A stretch of DNA of 64,000 nucleotides from an uncultured Gemmatimonadales bacterium (GCA_963821525.1 CAWGED010000019.1:352001-416000); one strand, 5' to 3'; counted from the stretch's first letter, positions 52,715 to 64,000 are shown. Numbers and translations: made by a program. The notes: a model not told the origin generated them from the letters alone.

Positions 52715-54630
52715 CGCTGGTCCGTCGCTTCAGCCGCCCTGGTCCACTCCGCGAATGCCTCCTCCAACTCGGCGCGCGTAGCCTCAAGCTCGCGGGACAA
52801 CTCCTCCGCGCGTAACGCGGTGGCAGGGTCGGTGTAGATGGAGGAGTCCGAGAGCTTCGCCTCCAGCTCGGCGGCACGGCGCTCCAGGGTGTGAACTCTG
52901 GCCTCGGCCTGTTCCGCTTTGCGCCGCGCCGTTCGTGCCACCGACTGCTGGGTGCGAGACTGAACCGGCTGCTTGCTGCTTCGCCGAGGCGCAGCTGCTT
53001 TCGCGATTGCCTGCTGCCGCTCGGCCCGATCCGCTTTCGTCTCCTCCCAGTCCTCGAATCCACCCCCAAAGTCCTCGATGCGTCCGTTCTCGAGCGCCCA
53101 GACTCTGGTGGTAAGTGCTCTAAGCAGTGCCCGATCGTGGCTCACGATCAGTACCGTGCCCTCAAACACCTCGATCGCGTCTTCCAACGCTTCGATCGAC
53201 TCGACGTCCAGGTGATTGGTCGGCTCGTCGAAGACGAGCAGATTGGCTCCCTCCAGCATCATCATCGCCAGGGCCACCCGAGCCCGCTCTCCCCCTGAAA
53301 GACTTCCCGCTCTGCGCAGAACTTCGTCTCCCGAGAAATCGAAGCGACCCAGGTGGCCCTGAACCTGTCCGCGAGTCCATGCGGGGCGCATGTCGTTGAT
53401 GATGTCGAACAGGGTCTTCTCGTGAGGAACCTGAGCCAGGTCCTGGCGATAGAACGCGACCTGGACCGAATCGCCGATGCGCGCCGAGCCTTGAGCAGGG
53501 GGACGTTGGCCGAGCAGGGTCGCGAGCAGTGTGCTCTTCCCTGCACCGTTCGGTCCCACGAGTCCGGCGACGTCTCCCCGCCGGATAACGGAGGAGAAGT
53601 CTTCCAGCAGCACCCGGTCTTCCACCGTGACGCGGACGTGGTCCGCCACGAGCGCCTGGTCTCCGCCGCGGGCCCGGATGTCGAAGCGGATCGCCATCGA
53701 TCCCTGGTCTTCGGGTGGGGAGCTGAGTCGCGGGAGTCGGGTGAGACGACGACGGCGGCCCTTCGCCTGACGCGTATCCTGCCCCGCGATGTTGCGGCGG
53801 ATGAAATCCTCTTCCGCCGCGATGACCTTGCTCTGCTTGTCGAACGCGCGCTGCTGGCTGAGGCGACGCTCGGCGCGCTGGCGCACGAAGTCCGTGTAGC
53901 CGCCATCATAGGTCTGCCCGGTCCCACCCTCGAGGTGCAGCACGTGATCCGCGATGCCGTCGAGAAAGGCGCGGTCGTGGCTCACGATCAGCACGCTGCC
54001 GGGCAGAGCGCGCAGGTGCCCCTCGAGCCACTGCGTGGTCTCGAGGTCGAGGTGGTTGGTGGGCTCATCGAGGAGGAGCAGATCAGCCGGTGTCACCAGT
54101 TGGCAGGCGAGACCAAGCCGGCCCCGCTCGCCGCCGCTCAGAGTGCCGATCAGTTGGGTCCGCGCCCGGTCGGGATCGAATCCCAGGCCTTGCAGAACCG
54201 CCGCGACCCGAGCGTCGATCGCGTAGCCATCGGCGCGCTGGAACTGCTCGAGATCACGGTCGTAGCGCTGCAACAGGTCATTCGGTGCGTGCTCCCCCAG
54301 CTCTCCGATTTGAGCGGCATGGGTCAGCATCTGGTGCTCCAACTCCACCAGATGGGCGTAGGGAGAGAGGGCGGCGTCCCACACCGTTTCGACTCCGGGG
54401 AACTCCCGATGCTGGTCCAGCATCGTCACCCGGAGCCCGCTCGCCCGGCTCACGATGCCGCTGGTAGGATCCTGTTCCCCGGTGATGAGCCGAAACAGCG
54501 TGGTCTTGCCGCTCCCATTGCGACCCAAGATTCCCCAACGCTGCCGCTGGTCCACCACCAGGTTCAGGTTTTGGAAGAGGATGTTCCGGCCGTACTGCAC
54601 CGAGGCCGAAGAGATGTTTAGTAGAGACAA
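52711..54630 (-). CDS. ABC-F family ATP-binding protein (Uup-like)
   Basis: Two NBDs (GRNGSGKT, GPNGAGKS; LSGGE; DEPTNHLD x2), C-terminal coiled coil, no TM. Confidence 0.93.
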   Translation of the reverse strand: MSLLNISSASVQYGRNILFQNLNLVVDQRQRWGILGRNGSGKTTLFRLITGEQDPTSGIVSRASGLRVTMLDQHREFPGVETVWDAALSPYAHLVELEHQMLTHAAQIGELGEHAPNDLLQRYDRDLEQFQRADGYAIDARVAAVLQGLGFDPDRARTQLIGTLSGGERGRLGLACQLVTPADLLLLDEPTNHLDLETTQWLEGHLRALPGSVLIVSHDRAFLDGIADHVLHLEGGTGQTYDGGYTDFVRQRAERRLSQQRAFDKQSKVIAAEEDFIRRNIAGQDTRQAKGRRRRLTRLPRLSSPPEDQGSMAIRFDIRARGGDQALVADHVRVTVEDRVLLEDFSSVIRRGDVAGLVGPNGAGKSTLLATLLGQRPPAQGSARIGDSVQVAFYRQDLAQVPHEKTLFDIINDMRPAWTRGQVQGHLGRFDFSGDEVLRRAGSLSGGERARVALAMMMLEGANLLVFDEPTNHLDVESIEALEDAIEVFEGTVLIVSHDRALLRALTTRVWALENGRIEDFGGGFEDWEETKADRAERQQAIAKAAAPRRSSKQPVQSRTQQSVARTARRKAEQAEARVHTLERRAAELEAKLSDSSIYTDPATALRAEELSRELEATRAELEEAFAEWTRAAEATDQR

Positions 54631-54637
54631 GGACGGT

Positions 54638-54694
54638 GCCTTAGGCCATAAGCCTTAAGCCTTAGGCTTTCGGCTTAAGGCTTACGGCATTAGG
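54638..54694. repeat. self-complementary heptamer array (GCCTTAG/GCTTAAG)
   Basis: Eight units overlapping the 3' end of the ArsC-like gene. Confidence 0.8.
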
Positions 54695-55036
54695 GGCGAG
54701 CCAGGAACCCCACTCTTCTACAGCAGAACCGATGGTGAGACGGCTTCCCTCCCGAACCAGCGGAGTGCGCAGCAGGAGAGGTTCGCGGGTCAGCAGATCG
54801 AGCCAGCGGTCATCCGAGTACGCCGCCGACTTGAGGCCAAGCGCGGTGTAGCGTTTGGAGTCCGGGTCCACCAGGGCCTTCACCCCGAATTTCTGCGCGA
54901 AGCGACGCAGCTCGCCGAGTGAGGCGGCGCGCTCTTCCAGGTCCACGAAGTGCACGTTGATCCGTCGCTCCGCGAAGAAGCGGAGCGCCGCCCGCACGTC
55001 GGGATTCTTCCTGGTGCCAAAGATCTGGGGGTTCAT
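54662..55036 (-). CDS. ArsC/Spx-like thioredoxin-fold protein
   Basis: QIFGTRK...R.A.RFF.ER, SLGEL, P.LLRTPLVR; no catalytic Cys. Confidence 0.75.
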   Translation of the reverse strand: MNPQIFGTRKNPDVRAALRFFAERRINVHFVDLEERAASLGELRRFAQKFGVKALVDPDSKRYTALGLKSAAYSDDRWLDLLTREPLLLRTPLVREGSRLTIGSAVEEWGSWLAPNAVSLKPKA

Positions 55037-56799
55037 GCGCGGGAGGAATGTAAGAGGCGCCGGGAGGGCCGGTAGGGGAAGAAGTCGATGACCTCGCCGG
55101 CACGCGCCAGCTCCTGCATGCGGCGCCAGAACTCGACGCTCAGCAGGTCGGCGTGGACCCGCATGAACGCCTCACCCAAGCGCGCCCGGGCAGAGCGAGA
55201 AAGGCGCGAAACTCCTCGGGAAACACGTCGCGCTCGCCGACCGAGAACCAGGGTTCCGCTGAGAGCTCATCCTCGACCGTTCGCGCCCGAGGCATCTCGC
55301 GGAAGTTGCACTCGGTCAGAAGGCACAGTTCGTCGTAGTCGTAAAAGATCACCCGGCCGTGACGGGTCACCCCAAAATTCTTGAGCAGCATGTCGCCGGT
55401 GAAGATGTTTGCGGCGGCGAGATCCTTAATCGCCTGCCCATAGTCCAGTACCGCCTCTACCGCATCCTCGGCACTGGCCTCACGGAGATAGAGGTTGAGC
55501 GGCGTGACCCTGCGCTCGGTGTAGAGATGGCGAACCCGCACCCGCTCACCTTCCACCAGGACGCTGGTCGCCGCGACGTCTTCCAGCTCCTCCAGCAGAC
55601 CCGGAGCAAACCGCTCCCGGGCAAACTCCAGATCCTCGAACTCCTGGGCATCGGCGAGGCGACCTACCCGGTCCCGGAGGAAGACCAAGTGATACTTGTT
55701 CATCACTTCCTGGCGGGTCGTGGTCTTGGGCGCTCCGAAGTGGTCGCGGATCACCTTGAAAACCACATTGAGGGATGGGAGGGCGAAGACGCTCATCACC
55801 AGGCCCTTGTCTCCGGGGGCCAGCTCGAAGCGGCCATCACCCTTCTCCAGATTCCGCAGGAGCGCTCGTACCAACTCGGTCTTGCCATGCTTGTGATAGC
55901 CGAGTGAGGTGTACAGCTCGTCTACAGGCTTCTGCGGCATGAGGGTGCGGAGGAAGTCCACCATCGCGCGGGGGCGCTCCAGCTCTACCTGGAAATACGA
56001 ACGGGTGAAGCTGAATACGATGCTCACTTCATCCGAGGTGGCGAGGACCGCGTCCACTTCGACTCCGTGGTCGCCGTGAACCAGGGGCAGAACGAGGGGC
56101 AGGTAGGTTCCACCGATCCGCAGCCGGCCGATGAGATAGGTTCCCTTGTTGCGATAGAAGGGGACCGGGACGACTTCGATGGCGTCGAGCGACACATCGC
56201 CGCTCTGGCGCTTGAGCTCTTCCGCCAAGGCATCGGCGGTCAGTCGGGCATCGAGCTCCAGGTCGCGGAAGAGCGGAGAGAAGGGGAGGTCTCGAAGAAG
56301 CTGCTCGATCACCGCCTCGATCCGGCCGCGCACCACGTAGGTTCGCAACACCGGCTCGACCAGGAGCCGACGGCAGGGCACGAAAGTCGGCGTCCTCGAA
56401 GTAGACTCCCGACGCTGGTCCCGATACTCGTACCAGCTGGCGGGCCACCGAATTGAAGAAGGTCAACGCCAGCTCGGGATTGGGCTGACCCGACGCGATT
56501 CGAGCGTACTGAGTTCTCAGGGCCTGCCAGAGCTGGAGCTCGCTGTGCCCAGGACCAAGCGATCGCTTCAGGTCCTGAACCACCCAGTTCACGAACTGGC
56601 GGTAGAGCGTGAGCCGCTCCATGGCATCCTGCTGACCTCCACGCCAGTCCCGTTGGATGAAGCGTGCGGCAGCACGGCGGGTCACCAGTCCGAACTGTGC
56701 CTGGTGCGCGTCATAAACCGCGAGGATCGCCTCGGCGGTTTCCACGACCAGGCCGTGGCGGAAGATGCCGTCGGGGACGGGGTCTGAGGATTCTTCCAT
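55033..56799 (-). CDS. aceK: isocitrate dehydrogenase kinase/phosphatase, frameshifts near 56370 and 55190
   Basis: [69 protein letters not shown]-terminal DFFPY. Confidence 0.92.
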
Positions 56800-56869
56800 G
56801 CAGGTATATTGCTGCTACACTGGCAGGAACGGAACGTACCACTCACTCCTCAGTCCTCCTCACTCGACT

Positions 56870-58117
<1,248 letters not shown>

Positions 58118-58146
58118 GTGTTGCCGGACTCGAATAGTTTTCGATC

Positions 58147-58587
58147 ATGGCGGACTTTGACCGGACCATCCAGCGCTTCGCGTCGGCGGACAGCCAGCTC
58201 AGGCTCGAGTTGCTGCTCGACTATGCCAGGAAGCTGCCCGCCCTGCCCGAGCGCTACCGGCTCGCGAAAGAAAAGGGGGAGAACAAGGTGCCGGAGTGCA
58301 TGTCTCCGGTCTTTCTCTTCCTGGAGGCGAACGACGGCAAGCTCACCCTCTTCGCCGATGCCCCGGTTGAAGCGCCAACAGTCCGGGGATTCGTGGCCCT
58401 GCTGGCGCGGGAGATAAAGGACGCGTCTCCCAAAGACGTCGCCGCGATCCCCAGCGACCTGCTCGATCGCCTGAGGCTGACGGAGCTGCTGGGGATGACG
58501 AGGATGCAGGGGCTGACCGCGATCGTGGCGCGGATAAAGACGGATGGCGACGGCGGGGATTGCCGATTGACGATTGCTGATTGCTGA
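58147..58587 (+). CDS. sufE: SufE family sulfur acceptor
   Basis: LLDYARKLP, VPECMSPVF, APTVRGF, L.LTELL...R..G. Confidence 0.85.
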   Translation: MADFDRTIQRFASADSQLRLELLLDYARKLPALPERYRLAKEKGENKVPECMSPVFLFLEANDGKLTLFADAPVEAPTVRGFVALLAREIKDASPKDVAAIPSDLLDRLRLTELLGMTRMQGLTAIVARIKTDGDGGDCRLTIADC

Positions 58588-58643
58588 TTGAAAACATGGA
58601 CGCCTGGCGTTCAATCAGCAATCGACAATCAGCAATCGTCAAT
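58558..58643. repeat. inverted heptamer arms (GATTGCT / AGCAATC)
   Basis: 58558-58591 vs 58611-58643, between convergent genes. Confidence 0.9.
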
Positions 58644-59530
58644 TACTTCTCGATCGGCACCCTCACGCTATTCCCCCACTCGGTCCACGATCCGTCGTAG
58701 TTCCGCACCATCTCGAAGCCAAGCAGGTAGGTAAGGGCGAACCAGCTGTGGCTGGAGCGCTCGCCGATACGGCAGTAGGCAATCACGTCGTCCTTGGGCC
58801 CCAAGCCCTGCTCTTCGACATATAGCCGCTTGAGCTCGCCCGCCGTCCGGAAGACGTGGGTATCGGGATCCACGGCGCGGGCCCACGGGATGCTCCTGGC
58901 GCCGGGAATGTGCCCGCCTCGCACCGCGCCTTCGTTGGGGTAGTCAGGCATGTGCAGCCGCTCTCCCCGATACTCCTCGGGACTCCGCACGTCGACCAGC
59001 TTTCCCTTCTTCGTCACGTGCGCCAGCACATCCTCGCGAAAGGCGCGGATGGCCCGATCGTCCCGCTCGCCTACGGTGATGTTGCCAGCGGGATATGACG
59101 GCACGTCGGTCGTGAGCGGGCGTCCTTCATCTACCCAGCGGGCGCGTCCGCCATCCATCAGTCTGAGCCGTTCCAGACCGAAGAGGCGGAAGACCCAAAA
59201 GGCGTAGGTCGACCACCAGTTGTTCTTGTCTCCGTAGAAGACCACGGTCGTGTCCGCGTTGATCCCCTTGGAGCGGAGGAGGGCCTGGAACCGCGTCCGG
59301 TCGAGATAATCCCGCTGCACCGGATCGTTCAGGTCATTGACCCAGTCGATCTTGACCGCGCCGGGGATGTGCCCGGTGTCATAGAGCAGAAGGTCTTCAT
59401 TGGATTCGATCAGCCGGACCGATCGATCGTTCAGTCTCTCAGCAACCCAATCGGTGGAGACCAGCACCTCGGGGTGGACGTAACCCCGCGTTTCGATCGG
59501 CGTGATGGGCGCCGCTTTTACCTGCGTCAT
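58643..59530 (-). CDS. tandem-domain rhodanese / thiosulfate sulfurtransferase (SseA/CysA type)
   Basis: GHIPGA x2, DGG...[24 protein letters not shown] before ATG 59530. Confidence 0.93.
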   Translation of the reverse strand: MTQVKAAPITPIETRGYVHPEVLVSTDWVAERLNDRSVRLIESNEDLLLYDTGHIPGAVKIDWVNDLNDPVQRDYLDRTRFQALLRSKGINADTTVVFYGDKNNWWSTYAFWVFRLFGLERLRLMDGGRARWVDEGRPLTTDVPSYPAGNITVGERDDRAIRAFREDVLAHVTKKGKLVDVRSPEEYRGERLHMPDYPNEGAVRGGHIPGARSIPWARAVDPDTHVFRTAGELKRLYVEEQGLGPKDDVIAYCRIGERSSHSWFALTYLLGFEMVRNYDGSWTEWGNSVRVPIEK

Positions 59531-59779
59531 AGAAACCTCCCGAAATGAAGCGGCCGCAACTCTGAGAGGGAGCCGCGGCCGGCAGACCAGCAAGAAAGGT
59601 CATTTTGCGCGACGGCTTACCCCCGCCACCCGGGCGGCGAGAGGTGACTGCAACACAAACCGTTCGCTTCGCGCTTCATGGGGTACAAATACGACCGCGG
59701 CAGTCGGGATGTCAAGATGGGACATGCGGCTGTAACGGCAAAGATGCGTCCTCCGGGTATTTCGGATACTATATGTAGC

Positions 59780-60169
59780 ATGAGTAATCGATACCGCCGA
59801 TCGGGCGAGACGATCACTGCCGTCGCCTGGGCGCAGGCTGCGCCAGGGTGCGCGGATCTGCTCCGGCGGGGCGCGTGGTATCCTATTGTCAAAGAAGAAG
59901 ATGAAGGCCACGTGGTACTCGACGTGGACCAGCAGCCGGTGCGGGTCAGCCGGGAGGATCTGCGGATCCGTCCCGACCGCCCCGAGACTTGGAGCGTGGT
60001 AGTGCGTACTGGGGTCATGCGACCCACGCTTTCAGGGGTCAAGCTGGTAACGACTTACGCGGTCTGCCCCGATTGCCATGCCCGCCAGGAGTTCGAAGGC
60101 CATCCGGACACTCTGATCTGCGCCCGCTGCCGCCGAGCTGCCAAGGTGGATTGGTCCACGACGCTCTGA
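59780..60169 (+). CDS. hypothetical protein with C-terminal zinc ribbon
   Basis: LRRGAWYP; CPDC...CARC. Confidence 0.65.
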   Translation: MSNRYRRSGETITAVAWAQAAPGCADLLRRGAWYPIVKEEDEGHVVLDVDQQPVRVSREDLRIRPDRPETWSVVVRTGVMRPTLSGVKLVTTYAVCPDCHARQEFEGHPDTLICARCRRAAKVDWSTTL

Positions 60170-60298
60170 GGCGATGAAAAGCGTGGTCTGGGAACGCCAA
60201 CGCTGTCTGGCCGCCATCCGTACATCCCGGTGGCATGGGTCGCCCCATGAGTCGGGGCCGAGGCGCGCGAACCAGACGGCAACGAGGCGAATCTGATC

Positions 60299-61252
60299 AT
60301 GGGGCGTACCGGCCAATGGGCCCAGTTGCGAGTCCGACGGCCGCTGACACCGGCGCGAGATGCGCGTCATCCCCCGATACCGGGACTCAAGGTCCCGAGT
60401 CGAACCCCCCGCCGCGCCAGATGGATATCAGGGCTCGGCAGCCTGCTGCTCCATCTCGCTGTCGCGATCGTGGTGATTGCCAACCTGCGAAAGACCGAGA
60501 CCGCCGCTGAGCAAAAGGCAGCGGAAGACAACAAGGGGCCCAGAGAAGTCCAACTGGTTTACATCCCACCGCCACCGAAGCCGGTAGCCAAACCGCAACC
60601 ACCGCCACCGACCCAGCCTCCTGCGGCGCCACTCACGCCGGGCCAGGACCAGACACCCGGTTCACTGGCCAAGGTGAGCCCGAAGCCGGAAGAAAACCCT
60701 AACGCTCCGCCCGAAGCGAAGCGTTCGGAGGCAACCGCCCCCGAGACCCAGGTTCCCCCAGACGACGGTGGCGCCACGAAGCATGAAGAGCAGCCCGTCT
60801 CGGCCTTCGCGCCTCTGGCGAAGAGGGCGGAGACGCCCAGTATCGAGTCCGAGGCCCAACGGATCTTCGGCCGTCCTCTCACCAGGGCTGGCGAGGAGTC
60901 CGGCGTTCGCGATTCGCGTCCCTGGGAATCGCCGCTGGATTGGACGTCGAATGGGTGCACGGCTCCAAAGCAGGATGACTCCACTGCCGCTGACAGCATG
61001 GGCGTGGTTCAGGGCCGCGTCTTCCGGGAGAACGGCCGGCCGTTGCCCGGAGCACATCTTCAGGTCCTCGGCACCCCCTACTACACCTATTCGGACCCGA
61101 ACGGCGCTTTTCGCCTGGTCTTCGATCGCTCGCTGGTGGACAACTGCCGGACTCAGTCGGTCCGCGTCTGGGCTCCGGGATACCGGGCGCGAGATCTGAT
61201 TCTGTATGTGGGGCCGGCGACGAGCTCGGATGTGGTACTGCATAACCACTAG
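60299..61252 (+). CDS. membrane-anchored Pro-rich (TonB-like) protein with carboxypeptidase-regulatory-like domain
   Basis: SLLLH TM, poly-Pro linker, V.GRV...GRPLPGA.....G....SD.NG.F.L. Confidence 0.7.
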   Translation: MGRTGQWAQLRVRRPLTPARDARHPPIPGLKVPSRTPRRARWISGLGSLLLHLAVAIVVIANLRKTETAAEQKAAEDNKGPREVQLVYIPPPPKPVAKPQPPPPTQPPAAPLTPGQDQTPGSLAKVSPKPEENPNAPPEAKRSEATAPETQVPPDDGGATKHEEQPVSAFAPLAKRAETPSIESEAQRIFGRPLTRAGEESGVRDSRPWESPLDWTSNGCTAPKQDDSTAADSMGVVQGRVFRENGRPLPGAHLQVLGTPYYTYSDPNGAFRLVFDRSLVDNCRTQSVRVWAPGYRARDLILYVGPATSSDVVLHNH

Positions 61253-61390
61253 CCGTCAGCCGTCAGCTATTAGCGGTTAGCGATTAGCTGTTAGCCGATT
61301 AGGGAAGAGACCCTCCGATGGAGTTGCCACCGGAGGGTCTCGTTCTTTCAGCGTCACTGCTAATCGCTAACCGCTAATAGCTAACAGCTA
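61250..61390. repeat. inverted heptamer arms (TTAGCNN / GCTAANN) enclosing an 11-bp hairpin
   Basis: Arms 61250-61302 and 61359-61390; inner gagaccctccg/cggagggtctc. Confidence 0.9.
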
Positions 61391-62662
61391 GTTCGGCGCG
61401 TGCACGGACACATTCCCATAGTCCCGGTTAAACCCGATGCCGGGCCCATGCACGTTGAAGCCGTAGTTGTTGTCGATCTTGGCAATGTACTGGCGCAGTG
61501 AGCCGGGGAACGAGTGGGTGCGCGCGTTCTTGCCGAAGGGGTCGGTGTACCAGGTCGTCGGACCATCCTTGTTGTCGATCTGGTTGCTGTTGATGTCTAC
61601 TCCGCGCCGGACCCCGTCGAACAGCGAGCGCGGGTCGTCATAGGTCAGGTTCAGGACGGCGCCATTCTGGGTCGAGTTGTCGCACAGCGACCCCTGCGCC
61701 CGGTTACCCGAGGCAGTGACTTCGTAGCACACGGAGATCGGCCGACCGGTGATGTCGGTCAGAGACGGGTCGTAGAACCGGCTCGGGAAGAACACCTGAT
61801 AGTAGGGATCGAAGTGGGCCAGGGTGTGGCCGTCCTGCGTCCTGACGCTGTTGGAGGTCTGCCAGCTCTCGTGCAGCGCGGAGAAGAAGTCCGACTGCTG
61901 CCCCGGAGGCACCAGCATGAACTGTTCGACGCAGGTACGGTCCGGGATAACCCGCTGGCCGCCGCCGTTGGGTGAATTGGCCGGCACGGCAGGTCCCACC
62001 TGGACGTGGACATTCCCGTCGCAGGTGCGAGTGAATTCGCCGGGCGTTCCGATCGCCGCCATGAAGACGGTGTGCAGCTCGGTCCCGTCGCTGCACTTCA
62101 GGTGGTAGACCAGCTCGTGCAGGTTGTTGGTAAAGGCATCCTTGGAGTGGGTGCCCTGATGCAGCTTGGTCAGCACGTCGCACTTGACCTTGAAAAGCGA
62201 GCCAGCGACGTCGCTGCCGAGGTCGAACTCGACGTCGTTCTCCCACTCGACCTTATGGCCGAAGTGATCCTCGTGCCGCACGTTCTGCGGGTCGTAGGTG
62301 TCGAGCGCCTCATTAGCCAGCCCGAACGGAATCGGTCCCACGTCCTGATAGAGCTTGGACCCGCGCGGGTCACGCCCGTGATCGTGGCCAAAGCTGCAGC
62401 CGGTCGCCGGGTCCACCGGCGGGTGCCAGGTCGGATAGCGCTTCCCGTCAGGTCCAACCACCGAATAGGCGTCGTGCTGGGCCTTGGTACAGGTGTCGTT
62501 GGGTCCCGGAGTCCACTGTCCGTACTGGAAGCTGGGGCCGATCTCAGACGGCGGATCATATCCCTGGAATCCGTCGCTCCCGCAGGCCACCACCCAGAGC
62601 AGAGCCTGGGGCAGCAGTATCCAGCGAGCGGCGCGGCGCGAAGCTCTCATCGAACGGATCAT
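61388..62662 (-). CDS. hypothetical His/Cys-rich lipoprotein
   Basis: VVAC lipobox; YPTWHPPVD..GC.FGHDHG; RHEDHFGHK; HQGTHS...NNLHE. Confidence 0.8.
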   Translation of the reverse strand: MIRSMRASRRAARWILLPQALLWVVACGSDGFQGYDPPSEIGPSFQYGQWTPGPNDTCTKAQHDAYSVVGPDGKRYPTWHPPVDPATGCSFGHDHGRDPRGSKLYQDVGPIPFGLANEALDTYDPQNVRHEDHFGHKVEWENDVEFDLGSDVAGSLFKVKCDVLTKLHQGTHSKDAFTNNLHELVYHLKCSDGTELHTVFMAAIGTPGEFTRTCDGNVHVQVGPAVPANSPNGGGQRVIPDRTCVEQFMLVPPGQQSDFFSALHESWQTSNSVRTQDGHTLAHFDPYYQVFFPSRFYDPSLTDITGRPISVCYEVTASGNRAQGSLCDNSTQNGAVLNLTYDDPRSLFDGVRRGVDINSNQIDNKDGPTTWYTDPFGKNARTHSFPGSLRQYIAKIDNNYGFNVHGPGIGFNRDYGNVSVHAPN

Positions 62663-62729
62663 CAGGACCTCCTGCCCACGGGCTTGGGAAACGGCTGAAT
62701 CGACTGCGTGACCGGTCGGGACGGGAACA

Positions 62730-63314
62730 TCAATGGAACGTCACCGACAGGCCGACCTGAATCAGACTGCTGTTCGCCGAGCCATCCACGACGGTGTCAT
62801 TGAAATGGAATTCGGAGCTGCTGGTGCCGATGAAATTGGCGTAAGGGCCGATCGCGACACTCTTGGAGATCGCGACATCGTAGCCGACGCCGATTTGCCC
62901 GCTTACCGCGGACGTCTTGAAGTGATCGTCATCCTTCGAGGCGGAGTACTTCGAAAGCCCGCCACCGGCCTTGACGTAGAAACCACTGCTCCGGCTGGGG
63001 TACATCCAGAACGAGAGGCCGAATGAGCCGAGCAGCTTGCTGACGTCCTGCTTGTCGTACCAGGCATCGACCTCGAGACCGAGCAGGAATTGGTCTGTGA
63101 GAGCGAAGCCCATCTTGGCAAAGCCGGAAACGTCGCCCTCGCGACTCTCCTGGCAGAGGTTGCACGACAGCTTGGCCGACCCGTATCCAAACCCGAACCC
63201 AATGAAGGGACCGCGCCGCGAAGGGACATCCTGCGCCTGGAGGCTGACCGCAGCCCCGACCAGGGTCACGATGCTGATTGCCAGACAAAGCAACGTTCTC
63301 GGCTTGCCGTGCAT
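62730..63314 (-). CDS. outer membrane beta-barrel protein
   Basis: Signal peptide, FYVKAGGG, GVGYDVAI, ends VTFH. Confidence 0.75.
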   Translation of the reverse strand: MHGKPRTLLCLAISIVTLVGAAVSLQAQDVPSRRGPFIGFGFGYGSAKLSCNLCQESREGDVSGFAKMGFALTDQFLLGLEVDAWYDKQDVSKLLGSFGLSFWMYPSRSSGFYVKAGGGLSKYSASKDDDHFKTSAVSGQIGVGYDVAISKSVAIGPYANFIGTSSSEFHFNDTVVDGSANSSLIQVGLSVTFH

Positions 63315-63440
63315 AGCGAAGCCCCTCGACACGAGTAATCAGATCACAGGGAATGCAGCGAAAGTGCTTACGACAGCGTTAAAACGACTGTGATTTGGAC
63401 CACAGTGGAAGGGCGTGCGAATGCTTGACGGCTAGAAACG

Positions 63441-63476
63441 AGACGGGAGACGCCCCGGTGGAGCGCCTCCCGTTTG
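63441..63476. terminator. terminator-like hairpin
   Basis: gacgggagacgc-cccggtgga-gcgcctcccgtt. Confidence 0.55.
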
Positions 63477-63488
63477 AGAGCGTCGAGA

Positions 63489-64000
63489 CTAACGAATGAT
63501 CCGCAAGCCTACGATCCGGCCCTGATCATCCACCAGGTAAATGGGTCCCTTGCGGATGTCGTTCTGCAGGTTCATTCCGGCTCTTGAGACCGACGCCATG
63601 AGCGGCGGGGGTGCCGGAATGGTGAATGGGTCGGCTTCCGAAACGTTCACGGTGTAGCCCAGATCCTGAAGCGAGGAGATGGTGGTCCGGCTCATCGGAT
63701 TCGGGGTGCTGCTGATGAAGCCGGTCATCAGCTCGTTATCGAAGATCGCCTCGCGCCAGTGGGAGTCGGCCGTCCCCGGGCCACAGGTATTCTCCACCGG
63801 GACCTTCGCCCCGCTATAGGTGCTCCCACCGTTCTGGGTGTTGAACGCGGAGATGGCGATCGCCCCGCTGAAATGGGTGTCGCAGGTCGGCGGCGGAGGC
63901 GTGCAGGGACTGGCCGGCGGCGGTGGCGGCGGATTGCAGACCGACGAAGGCGTCACGAGAAAGTTCTTGGTCGGATCGTCCCAGATGCTCCCGAATCCGA
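63489..64000 (-). CDS. leishmanolysin-like (M8) zinc metallopeptidase, C-terminal part
   Basis: VPVEN..G.GT..SHWRE..F.NELMTG, P.S..TI.SL.DLGY; start lies outside the window. Confidence 0.8.
   Translation of the reverse strand, partial: GFGSIWDDPTKNFLVTPSSVCNPPPPPPASPCTPPPPTCDTHFSGAIAISAFNTQNGGSTYSGAKVPVENTCGPGTADSHWREAIFDNELMTGFISSTPNPMSRTTISSLQDLGYTVNVSEADPFTIPAPPPLMASVSRAGMNLQNDIRKGPIYLVDDQGRIVGLRIIR

Noticed and set aside
3532..56799. Programmed frameshifting or an alternative genetic code
   Set aside because: Breaks are frame changes at unrelated sequences with no shared slippery motif; TGA, TAG and TAA all act as normal stops, and tRNA-Trp has a CCA anticodon.
59530..59700. SAM or other sulfur riboswitch upstream of the sulfurtransferase
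   Set aside because: Only GC-rich hairpins; no SAM-I/II consensus was recognised.

Overview
High-GC bacterial chromosomal segment. The gene content (Ig-like repeat lipoproteins, a leishmanolysin-like peptidase, DUF885, aceK beside icd) suggests Gemmatimonadota, but this is inference. It holds about 45 housekeeping, envelope and secreted-protein genes and 8 tRNA genes (Pro-GGG, Thr-CGT, Leu-GAG, Lys-CTT, Glu-TTC, Glu-CTC, Trp-CCA, His-GTG). I see no transposase, integrase or cas genes. About a dozen otherwise intact genes carry single-base frameshifts, which most likely reflects uncorrected long-read indels. The most unusual signals are non-coding. (1) Directly upstream of tRNA-Pro lie degenerate copies of the same tRNA, cut into ordered pieces by four copies of a ~25-bp REP-like palindrome; a nested REP-in-REP of the same family occurs at 41.4 kb. 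(2) A complete GEMM-I cyclic-dinucleotide riboswitch carries A at the position equivalent to Vc2 G20 (the 3',3'-cGAMP-type signature) and has a terminator-like platform ahead of an uncharacterised HEXXH lipoprotein. (3) Many intergenic 7-9-nt tandem arrays occur, often as mirrored inverted arms at gene 3' ends and between tRNAs. (4) There is a ~150-230-nt rod-like hairpin and a recurring 25-bp TAA-N19-TTR dyad in promoter regions. A ~2,300-aa Ig-repeat surface lipoprotein locus is also present.
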